A stretch of DNA of 20,067 nt, taken from Rotaria sordida. Lineage: Eukaryota. The position numbers and the translations under genes are program-made. Shown one piece after another: positions 9,610 through 19,288 of this stretch (positions are counted from its first letter, which is position 1; each line of letters begins with the position of its first letter). The notes beneath the pieces are model-generated. The model worked only from the letters and a program-made list of their open reading frames with translations, was not told the origin of the DNA and did not search any database. The stretch spans positions 16,012-36,078 of the forward strand of contig CAJNOH010000912.1 in assembly GCA_905250005.1 (NCBI GenBank), in the 5' to 3' direction.

Positions 9610-10337
9610 ATGACATCAACGAACGAAGTTGGACTGGCATCAGATCGCATTCGAAATCAATCCGAAACCATTTTGGAAGATCTAAACTGTTCGATATGTC
9701 ATAATATTTTATGGAAATCAGTCGCTTGTCAGAAATGCGAAACTCACTTTTGTTCGACGTGCATTAAAAAATGGCTCCGTGAAGGCAGAAATCAATGTCC
9801 AGTGGGATGCAAACCATTCATAGAAAGAGCATGTTCTCGATTTATTGTTACTCCATTAGCCAGATTACAGATTGCCTGCATCTATGAATCAAACGGTTGT
9901 TGTGAGGTCAGTTGTTCTACTCCCGAAATTATTTCGTCGATATTTTATTTTAGATTCTTCCATACGAAGCAGTCGAAAAACATGAGGCAGAATGTGGTTT
10001 CCAGCCCCAAAGGTGTCCTAGCTGTCATTTATCATTTGCTAAAAAGGAAATCCAGAAACATAAGTCTCAATGTGGATTGGTTGAACTTACCTGTGAAGAT
10101 TGCAAAATTGTCTACAAGCGACGTGATGCAACTGAAAGTCATACCGATATTATATGTCTCAAAGAACAATTTCGACAGTTTCGGCATCAAACGCAAGAAG
10201 AAAATAAACAGTTAAAAGAAGAAAATACAAAGTTAAAAGAGGAATTTCAACAGTTTTGGCATCAAACACAAGAAGAAATTAAACGGTTAAACGAAGAATT
10301 GGAGAAATTTAGTAAGTATTATACTACTCAACTCTGA
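9610..10337 (+). CDS. RING finger / TRAF-type zinc finger / coiled-coil protein (E3-ligase-like, no MATH domain), exons 9610(or 9538)-9906 and 9954-10337
   Basis: CSICHNILWKSVACQKCETHFCSTCIKKWLREGRNQCPVGC is a RING C3HC4 pattern. Removing the 47-nt GT..AG intron 9907-9953 gives CCE/ILPYEAVEKHEAECGFQPQRCPSCHLSFAKKEIQKHKSQCGLVELTCEDCKIVYKRRDATESHTDIIC (TRAF-like Cys/His pattern), followed by a coiled coil EENKQLKEENTKLKEEFQQF. Confidence 0.85.
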
Positions 10338-10717
10338 AAAATGATTGGTGAGAAATTGTTTCCAAGAGGAAAAAATCATTTCAGACATTCGCTCGATTCT
10401 TATTCATTCCGAACCATTTCCATCTATTGTGAAACATCTCCAAGCATTCGTATACATTCACTGTTTTCACAAATCACTCTGTTGTTATACGAAAATTGGA
10501 TGAATTCTGACACTTGTTTCTTAGCTTAAAAAGATTGTATGAATTTTGAGCTGGCGAGTCAAAATTCATAGGAATTGAGTCTCTATCTTCAAGCATTTTT
10601 TAAATTAATACACGAATTTCATGCAGTTGATCACATTGGCATGGATCGCTTTGATCTATCTTCGAGGAATCAGATTGATCTGAATTAAAGAATTATTATA
10701 AGCTTGTTTCTGACAAC

Positions 10718-11310
10718 TTAAATTTTTGTGTTAATTTTGTTCTCAGCATTCACAACTTAAATAGTGAATGTGCCTTGATTGACTGTACAAGTTTGCACTA
10801 TCATCATAGATCGAAGTTCGAACTATAGGTCTAATTATACTTTGAATATTTCAATACCATTAATATTGTGAGCGTGAGGAGTTCAACTGTCCTTTCAAAA
10901 TTCATCAAATTCCAATTTTATGTTCATCTATTCAGGACACATATCAAAAATACATATCGATTATCTCTCAATCACCTACCTTATCTACTGTACCTTTTTT
11001 AACATAAATATGCAAGAAAACAACTAAATAGAACAAAGAATATTGAACACGTGATATCGGTCAAGAATTGAATTCTTTAATCTCTAAAATAGTATTTTCG
11101 GCGAATCTTGATCAGCTTTGCAAAAATAGTCGAACTCCGTACACTCAAAGTATTAAAATGGTATTGAAATATTCAAAGTATAGACGCACTTAGAACTTCT
11201 GCTTATGATGGTTATGTAAATATATACAGTTAATTGAGACGCATTCACTGTTGAATTTTTAAATGGTAAGAAATAAATTAACGCAAAAGTGAAAATTTAC
11301 GAAGTAACAA
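10718..11310. repeat. Diverged inverted repeat (about 150-bp arms 10718-10869 and 11152-11310)
   Basis: TATACTTTGAATATTTCAATACCATT at about 10838 is inverted at about 11155-11185. Flanking words (GTGAATGYG, ATCATCATA, GTGTTAATTT) are also inverted. Confidence 0.55.
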
Positions 11311-11700
11311 TTTACAATACCTCATCTCTAGCGGGAATTGGTCTAATGTATCCAAGATAATGTATGAGATAGAACATGTTAAGATATTGAAAAGAGCTCA
11401 GGAACTTCTAGAAATTATCATCAATCCGATTGGAAATGGAGATCTATACGGGAGACTGGTTCTCATGAGCTTGTAAAATTTCGACTTTAATTGCCTAAGT
11501 CATTCCTTCTGTGAGATTAAACGAACTATCATATCTGATCTCATTAGCTTTACAAAAAGTATGTTTGTCGATATTTGAAACAATATTCATCTATAAAAAA
11601 ACATTAATAAAAAAATAAATGAAAATCGTAGGCATGTACAGCCTATGTATTTAAAAATAGACTACTAAATTTATTTGGAAATGCAATAGTGAAGTCCAGA

Positions 11701-11747
11701 GTGTGAATGTGAGTGTAGATGAAAAGAAGATCCACACCTATACACCA
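11701..11747. repeat. Degenerate telomere-like fold-back element copy (opposite orientation)
   Basis: GTGTGAATGTGAGTGTAGATGAAAAGAAGATCCACACCTATACACC matches the reverse complement of the copy 1 core GTGTGGGTGTGGGAGATGAGAAGATATCCACACCC with scattered changes. Confidence 0.6.
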
Positions 11748-12832
11748 TATAATAAATAAGTATGAAAGTGGGCTTTTTATTGCAGTCCAGAAAAAAAAAC
11801 GTCATTGAATGGCATATTCTTGATAAATTTTAATACAGTTTTTAAAAGCATTCAGAGATGGTGTGTAATTGCCGAAACATCAACTGTTTTACTTCTTCGC
11901 AAACACTTAAAAAGAGGCGGAAATTTCTGAACATATGCTGTAGTAGATAGTTCAGTAATGAGTCGGAAAATTAATCATATCAACATAAAGCATATCTCAG
12001 TAGTATCGGCTTGATTTTAACGATAAAATTTTCAGCTATATTGAATTAACATGCCATTGAAAAAGTTATCTGTACTGGAATTACGTACAGTAAAATCAGA
12101 GTTCTTCAAAAATGACAATATACGTATATAGTGAAGATGTTAGCTCATTCATACCAAGAAAATTATTTCGGCATTTGTTCGATATAGCACTTTTTTTCTG
12201 AACAATCATCCTTTACCATTCATATAATGATCAAACGATCATCAATTAGGTGAATTATAGTTTTCCTCGTGTATGTTTTGTTAATTTCGCGTTTGTTTTC
12301 AACTGATCACGTATCTGCCAAATTGACATCAAAGTATGGATTAGTTTCCCTCTTTCTTGAGAAAAACACCCATGAAGAAGAACTATGAGTGCCACTGATT
12401 CAAAATGAAACACATCGCTGCATAGAAAATCATGAGTCAATCAATATGTTCATATCTGATATGAACGAGTGACAAATCTATTCACAAGAATTTACTCCGT
12501 GTCAATGGAAGTATTGATTTCTAAAAATAAAAAAAAAAAAGATAATATAAAAATATTAATTACGATAGGCTAAGTTCAGAACAAAAAGGAGTGTTCATGG
12601 ATTCGAAAAGAGGAAAAAGGCAAAAAGATTATGAAACGTTCGTTCTTGATAGTATAGAAGACATTTTTCATGGCTTTAACTACAAAAAAAAGAAACATTT
12701 ACGTTTGCGTAGAAGGCGAGACTATTCCAAAATTGATGTTCAATAAGTCAGCCGAATGCACTTTTCAATCTTTCTTATTCTTTGCGACATATCGAGGTGG
12801 GAAGATTTTTGATCAATTTAACTGAAATTCTA

Positions 12833-13672
12833 TGAAAAAGCTTGCTAGCGCAGCTCCTGCGGAGCTGAAATGTGGAACTCACATATACCATTAAACCTTA
12901 ATATTCTAATGCATCATATGTAAACTGAAAAATTTCGTGTACACTGTAGTTGTTTTCATTGATAATCAATGACAAGAGCGAGACTTTGTTATTTATTTCT
13001 ACATTTAAAACAGAAAATGTTTTTGTTTGAGAGTGCCCTATTTTTATTTTGCATTGTTACTATTCGCTCATTAACTTTCATTTTTTTTTAATTCGTTTTT
13101 CGTAATTCAACATTCTTATTATTATAAGCATTGAATTAATTGGTAAATAAATCTGTTTTACATATCCATGATATCTACAGAAGATCTTACGCACTATTAT
13201 ATATATTAATCAGCTCACAAACAGTGATGCTGACTATCTTTCAAAATTATAACTTGATCAATTTTTCAAAAAAACTAGAAAGTCTGACTCCTGTTATTCT
13301 TAATTATTAAGATCTGTAATGGGGGTGTCTGTAATGGGGTGAGGAGGGGAGGGGGAGCTGCCAAACCTCAAACTTAAAACTAACACTCACTATTTTCTTC
13401 GGAAATATACATGAGTTCCACAAAAAATGAAAGATAATAAGCGAATAGCAACAGTACAAAATAAAAATAGAGCGCTCTCAAACAAAAAAAAATTTTCTGT
13501 CTTAAATGTAGAAATAAATAACAAAGTCTCGCTCTTATCATTGATTATCAATGAAAACAACTACGGTGCACACGAAATTTTTCAGTTTACATATAATGCA
13601 TCAGAATATTAAGTTTTAAGGATATATGTGAGTTCCACATTTCAGCTCCAAAGAAGCTGCGCTAACAAGCTT
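12833..13672. mobile_element. Long inverted-repeat element, about 250-bp arms (12833-13089 / 13422-13672), about 330-bp spacer
   Basis: GGAGCTGAAATGTGGAACTCACATATA..CTTAATATTCTRATGCAT.ATATGTAAACTGAAAAATTTCGTGT.CAC.GTAGTTGTTTTCATTGATAATCAATGA.AAGAGCGAGACTTTGTTATTTATTTCTACATTTAA.ACAGAAAAT present in inverted orientation in both arms. Confidence 0.88.
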
Positions 13673-15149
13673 TTTTCTAAACTCCTACTCCAACTCCAAT
13701 TTAACTTCAATTCCAGTCCGATTTTAGAAAACTGAATTTTTGCCAAAACACTCTTAAATACACATAAGTTTTTGAACATAATTAAATCTACGATTGATAT
13801 AAATTAGTAGCATATTAATTTATTGCTTTATAAACTTTTTCATAAAATCCAGAGATAGGCACCTCCATTCTTTCCCGTTCCTACTCCATAAAACTCCACT
13901 GTCACTCTGATGAGAAAAAGCGTCAACTTCAAAGTTGGAATTGTCCATCTCTGATATCAACCATTCCAAAATACGTACTCTTCAGATCCTCCTGAACATA
14001 TTCATGACATACGAGCTCACAGAAGGCTTCTCAGAACAAGCACTACATAAGGTTTACAGCATGATCCTGATAGCAGATACTCATTATTTTTAGATTTTCA
14101 GAGTTTTGGCAGAGTATCTTATTTAGTCACCAAGATTCTCTTCTAGGACTCTGATACAGCGGTTTGAAGATTGTTTTCATCAAAAGCTAATAATAGCATT
14201 TTAGAACACTTTCTGCCTATCCCATTACTACCGCCCTTTCCAAAGCCCATAAAATCCATAGATCCCAATGTTTTTCACTGGAGAGCTCTGTTAGGATTGT
14301 CATTCATCTTTTCAGCATTTCAAAAGTAAAAGGCCTCAGATTACATAGATCCGCGTGGAGCCCTCTCAACTTTTCTCAGTTTCGTATGCATCAAAGCCTT
14401 CTGATGATCCTGCTAAGACCCTATCAGAATCGTCCTTCAAATAGCTTAACATAACTTGCCAAAAGCCTTATGAAATTTCACCGCCATCCTCTATGCAAAT
14501 GTTTAGGAGATTCTTCGGCAGATCTGCATTCATCATTCAGATAATCATGTGATCAGATACTGTGACCTATAATGTGAAGAGCATCCTCAAAGATATATAC
14601 TGAATTCCCAAGGTTTCCAAAAAACATAGAGATTAGGTTTGACATTTGTTGTTCAACGATTCGACATTCTCCTCACAGGATGCAAATAGAATCTTCTCTG
14701 GATATTTTCACTTTAGGAGTTTCACATAGTTCATTATTTTATTGCTTAAATTCTGGTCTGGTGTTCATATAAGTGATCATCCTGCAAAAAAATTCTGAAT
14801 TCTCGCAATTTCAAATAAAATCCTCAGATCCCTAGTTTTTCTATCGAAAGCTTGCATGGAATTAGCATTGCTCTTTCTTCGAGGACCTCCTTACAGCAAT
14901 CTCCAGGCGTAGCTTTTCGGGTTAAAAAGATCTTGGCAAAAACTAAAAGTGACATAGATGTAAGAATCGTTACGAAATCCTTTTTTCACATGGAAAACTA
15001 GAAAAAGGCTTCTGAATTTTTATCCGTGGAAAGAACATTTTCGAAAGTTTTACCAAATTCCCTTCGAAGAAGACGAATTTCTCCTTCATAGCTCTTTCCC
15101 CCGCCAGCAGTAGTCACGATCCAAAAGTTGGCAATTCAAGAAAATCAAG

Positions 15150-15590
15150 GAAATCAAGAAATTCCAGGAAATTCTAGAAAATCAAGGGATTTAACAAACA
15201 TACATAAGGTACTGAGCTATAAGTCAAGAATATAATGGAATTCAAGCAATTCAAGAAATTCTAGAAATTCAAGCAATTTAACCAAGACACATATAGTAGC
15301 AAGTCATAGGCCTCAACTATGATGGAATTCAAGAAAATCAAGCAATTCAAGAAAATTTCTAGAATTTCTAGAATTGCTTGATTTTCTTGAATTCCAAGAC
15401 AATCTCGACAGTGTGAGTGAAGGCATCCTCTTCGTAAACGGTATAGTGGAATTCAAGGAATTCAAGGAAATTTCTAGAATTGTTTGATTTTCTTGAATTC
15501 CATTGTAGTGTAAACTTATGAGCCAGCATTTTATGTCTTTCTTGAGTTTCTTGAATTTCTAGAATTTCTTGAATTGCCAATTTCTGGGTC
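15150..15590. repeat. Degenerate GAATTCAAGNAATTC / TTTCTAGAATT repeat region with a 74-bp palindrome at 15324-15397
   Basis: TGGAATTCAAGAAAATCAAGCAATTC...GAATTGCTTGATTTTCTTGAATTCCA; further variants at 15180, 15240, 15450 and 15545. Confidence 0.8.
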
Positions 15591-16575
15591 GTGGTTATAT
15601 CTCTCTCCCGCGAGGGAGAAGGATCTCTTCAACAACGACGATTCCTTTTCCTTTTCGTTCATTGTAGTAATTCCCAATATTCCAGCCAATGCCCGATGGG
15701 CACATAATGGAGTGACCGTTGCTGGAGGCCATGGAAAAGGCAATGCCACCAATCAACTCGACTGGCCTCTTGGTCTCTTCGTTGATGATGATCAAACGAT
15801 GGTCATCGTTGACATGGGCAATCATCGTATCATCCAATGGAAGATGGGTGATACGAATGGACAAGTAGTGGCTGGTGGCCATGGCCGAGGAAATCGATTG
15901 GATCAATTGAATCAACCAAGCGATGTGTTGATCGACAAAGAGACGGATAGTCTCATTATTTGTGATACTAGACGAGTCGTACGATGGTCTCGTCGTAGTG
16001 GCACAACTCAAGGAGAAATCATCATCGACAACATCAGTTGTTGGGGATTGACCATGAATGATCAGAGATATCTCTACATTTCTGAAAACAAAAAAAATGA
16101 AGTAAGACGATATCAAATTGGAGATAAGAATGGAACTCTTGTGGCTGGTGGCAGTGGCGAAGGCATTAATCTCAATCAACTCAACTGGCCGACCTACGTG
16201 TTTGTCGATCAACAACAAACTGTCTACGTGTCAGATAACCACAATCATCGTGTGATGAAATGGAATAAAGGTGCAAAAGAAGGAATTATCGTAGCTGGGG
16301 GTCAAGGCGAAGGGAATACTCTGACACAATTATATCGTCCTAACGGATTGTTCGTCGACACATTGGGTACCATCTATGTGGCAGACGCGAGGAATCATCG
16401 AGTGATGCGTTGGCCTAAAGGAGCGAAGCAGGGCACTGTCATTGTGGGTGGAAATGGTCCAGGAGAAGGAGCAAATCAGTTCAACGGTCCCGTTGGTTTA
16501 TCCTTCGATCGACATGGCAATCTCTATGTCGTCGATAATGGGAATCATCGTGTTCAACGATTTTCTATCGAATAA
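15574..16575 (+). CDS. NHL-repeat beta-propeller protein; the true 5' end may be an exon acceptor near 15670 rather than ATG 15574
   Basis: Repeated motif VAGGxGxGNxxxQLxxPxGLFVDxxxTxYVxDxxNHRVMxW, about six copies, ending in HGNLYVVDNGNHRVQRFSIE*. 'ttcattgtag|taattccc' at about 15661-15670 looks like an acceptor. Residues before NIPANARWAHNGVTVAGG look non-homologous. Confidence 0.88.
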   Translation: MPISGSWLYLSPAREKDLFNNDDSFSFSFIVVIPNIPANARWAHNGVTVAGGHGKGNATNQLDWPLGLFVDDDQTMVIVDMGNHRIIQWKMGDTNGQVVAGGHGRGNRLDQLNQPSDVLIDKETDSLIICDTRRVVRWSRRSGTTQGEIIIDNISCWGLTMNDQRYLYISENKKNEVRRYQIGDKNGTLVAGGSGEGINLNQLNWPTYVFVDQQQTVYVSDNHNHRVMKWNKGAKEGIIVAGGQGEGNTLTQLYRPNGLFVDTLGTIYVADARNHRVMRWPKGAKQGTVIVGGNGPGEGANQFNGPVGLSFDRHGNLYVVDNGNHRVQRFSIE

Positions 16576-17026
16576 ACTCATTACGATGGATTTTTATTCC
16601 TTTCTCTCAAATAAATCACGTTGATTGATGAAAAGAATGGCTATTCTATTCGCGCGCGCACGCGACCAGGAACCATCCTGGTGGAGTCGTGGCGAGCATA
16701 ACGCTCATACACGCACCGGACAGACTCAAATCATTTATATCCCTCCAACTCAAGAGATATGTCAATGAGTCTGTGGAAGCCCGGTCGTGTGCCACGGACA
16801 CCAAGATAGTTCCTGGCCCGGTTTTTAGGACCTACCCGGAAGACCTCAAAGAAACCAGAGATCTAACCTCAATGGACATGATTCACCCCTTCTCCTACTA
16901 ACGCTCACTTTTCTGAGGCTCACACTAACTTTACTCATTCTCACTGTCATTATCTAACCTCATCCCCCTCGTACCCTATTCTTGTCTCGAAAAAGAAATT
17001 ACTCACATGCTTTGATGTTGGACGAT

Positions 17027-17084
17027 GGGGTGGGTGTGGGTGTGGGTCTGACTTTTTATTTCATCTACGCCCACACCCACACCC
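17027..17084. repeat. Telomere-like fold-back element, short copy
   Basis: GGGGTGGGTGTGGGTGTGGGTCTGACTTTTTATTTCATCTACGCCCACACCCACACCC. Confidence 0.85.
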
Positions 17085-17828
17085 TTCATATCTCATGAGG
17101 CAAACTCATATTTGGAAATTATGATAGCAAAATCTTTAATAGATTTATTGCTTTTATCGTTTTCATTTAGCTTTTCGGTTGTTACATTAACGTTTGTTAT
17201 TCATTTTCATGATAGTATCTGCATTATCTCAAAAAATGTAGAATAAGAATCAAACATATTCAACGAAAATGCTTTGATATATCTGAAGTATGAGAATCGA
17301 AACGACTACGTCCGACGATTAGGATAATTGACTTTTTAGAAATATCAATCTTGAAAGGACAGATCATAAACCATCCTTGATTTTCATTACAACATAATCT
17401 ATCCGAGATAAAATTTTACAAATAATAAAATCAAGTAATCTCCGAGTAATCTTATGCCTGAAATACTTACGCTTCTGATTAAAGGGTCGATACGTACTAA
17501 AGGCATAAGATAGTCTAAATTACTTAAAGATCGCTTGATTCTATTATCAAACCATTCCTCGTGAAATTTTGCCTCTAGTCGAATTTTTTTCAATGAAAAC
17601 CAAAAATGATTTAAAATCTATCTTCAAACGCTCCCTATTCTTTCTTAAAATGAGCTGATTTTCAACTTTTATTCGAGTTTCTTAAATACATCACATGTGC
17701 ACATACAACAGAGACTAAATCAAAAACAGACAATGTGACGGAATACTCAAGCATATATAAATGAGAATGAATCACTACAAAGATGCATGCTCTAACGATC
17801 ACACATCTATATTTTTAGCATTCGATAT

Positions 17829-18479
17829 CTATGCTTCATATTCGCTCTTCTTATTGATATTAATATTTTTGAATGTAAAACAACAATCAGGAGCTTTATC
17901 ACCTACAGTTTTCTGTTTAGATGAATTGACATATTTCAATGATGTCAAAGAATTATAACGACGAAATAATTCCGTTATTGATTGATTAAATAGTTCTTGA
18001 ATTTCACATTCTGAAAATTTCTTATTTGATTTCAAAATATTAAAATAGTTTTGGAAAATATTAATCATATCATCATTAACATTATTATTATCATCTACTA
18101 AAGATGTAATATTGAATAATTTTATACTAGATTGTACACAATCACTGTAAAAACCACTATTAGACAATGCTAAATACAATTTTCTATCGATTCTTGATGA
18201 ATATCGATTATCTTCAGTTTTCATTTGCTTAATTCGTTTGTTTTCTTCTGCTTTCATTTCCTGTTCAACCTTTAATCGTTTCAGTGTTGTTTCTTCTAAT
18301 ATTCTGTTTGCATCTGCTGTTTTTTGTTTTTCTTTTTCGGCAGCTTGTGTTTCTTTTTGAGCAGCTTGTGTTTCTTTTTGAGCAGCTAGTATTTTTCTTT
18401 GAGTAGCTTGTGTTTCTTGTTGAAGTTTTATCATTAATGTCAATTGTTCAGGAGTTGCTGTAAAGATATTTTCATCCAT
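17829..18479 (-). CDS. Hypothetical protein, N-terminal coiled coil with QKETQAA-type repeats, C-terminal ...DKAPDCCFTFKNININKKSEYEA; possibly truncated
   Basis: 216-aa uninterrupted ORF of biased but plausible composition. Likely 5' UTR acceptor (cttgttttttgtag) just upstream at about 18500. Confidence 0.6.
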   Translation of the reverse strand: MDENIFTATPEQLTLMIKLQQETQATQRKILAAQKETQAAQKETQAAEKEKQKTADANRILEETTLKRLKVEQEMKAEENKRIKQMKTEDNRYSSRIDRKLYLALSNSGFYSDCVQSSIKLFNITSLVDDNNNVNDDMINIFQNYFNILKSNKKFSECEIQELFNQSITELFRRYNSLTSLKYVNSSKQKTVGDKAPDCCFTFKNININKKSEYEA

Positions 18480-18574
18480 AGTTTTTGTAATTTGTTATTT
18501 ATCTACAAAAAACAAGAAAAAGAATTATTATAAAAATATTGAAATTACACATTAATTTGACATGCCCTGTATAA

Positions 18575-18734
18575 ATATCCTATCGAAGTTACACTGGTCA
18601 AAGAAGTTAATATTGATTCATTAATTAATAAATAATTCACTTCATTGAAGATGTTATTGTTGAATGAAGTAAATTATATATTGATTGATGAATCAATATT
18701 AATTTCGTCGACTGGTGTAACTTCGATATGACAC
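18575..18734. mobile_element. Palindromic MITE-like element, about 160 bp, ends (C)RTATCGAAGTTAC
   Basis: Left TATCGAAGTTACACTGGTCAAAGAAGTTAATATTGATTCATTAATTAATAAATAATTCACTTCATTGAA. The reverse complement of the right arm is CATATCGAAGTTACACCAGTCGACGAAATTAATATTGATTCATCAATCAATATATAATTTACTTCATTCAA. Confidence 0.85.
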
Positions 18735-19065
18735 ATCTATAAATAAATATAAAGAAAGAAAGTAACCATTGTGTTCCAATGATATTCGAGTGATTTATTC
18801 TCCATATAGATAACATTGGAAAAGAGGACGTTAGATAATGATCGTTGTAATCGTCTTCCCAGGTCGATGATTCCAGTCAACGGATCCCACCGGAATCTGC
18901 AGGAACCGGCCCATTTTCCGGCTAATTCCCGCCGGTTCCCGTGCAATTCCTGCCGGAACCGACCGGAAAAATACTGGAAAGGGGGGCAGTATTCCGGCCG
19001 GAAAGTCATCGTACCAGGAACCGCTCAATTACAAAGCTTTTCCATTCACCGGAAAACGTTGGATA

Positions 19066-19280
19066 ATCCATCGTATCCATCACGGAACACACCGGAAACA
19101 CACCATAGCCATCACGGAAACACATCGTATCCATCACGGAATACACCAGAAACATACCATATCCATCACGGAATACACCGGAACCATAACGTACCCATCA
19201 CGGAACACAACGTATCCAACACGGAACACACAGTATCCATCGCGGAATACACCGGAAACATACCGTATCCACCATGTAAG
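19066..19280 (+). repeat. Minisatellite of alternating about 32-bp and 21-bp units (CCATCACGGAATACACCGGAAACATACCGTAT / CCATCACGGAACACAACGTAT)
   Basis: CCATCACGG or variants recur about seven times. The long unit differs from the short one by an inserted about 11-bp segment. Confidence 0.85.
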
Positions 19281-19288
19281 GGAGACCA

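Noticed and set aside
15595-16218. 207-aa minus-strand ORF
   Set aside because: Antisense shadow of the clearly supported NHL-repeat coding sequence.
16750-16830. Possible tRNA-like or structured RNA in the GC-rich stretch
   Set aside because: No T-arm GTTCRANNC box or acceptor-stem pairing could be identified by eye.
17399-17593. 64-aa minus-strand ORF (MKKIRLEAKFHEEWFDNRIKRSL...)
   Set aside because: The composition looks protein-like, but it is short, has no recognised motif and no clear flanking exons, so it was not called.
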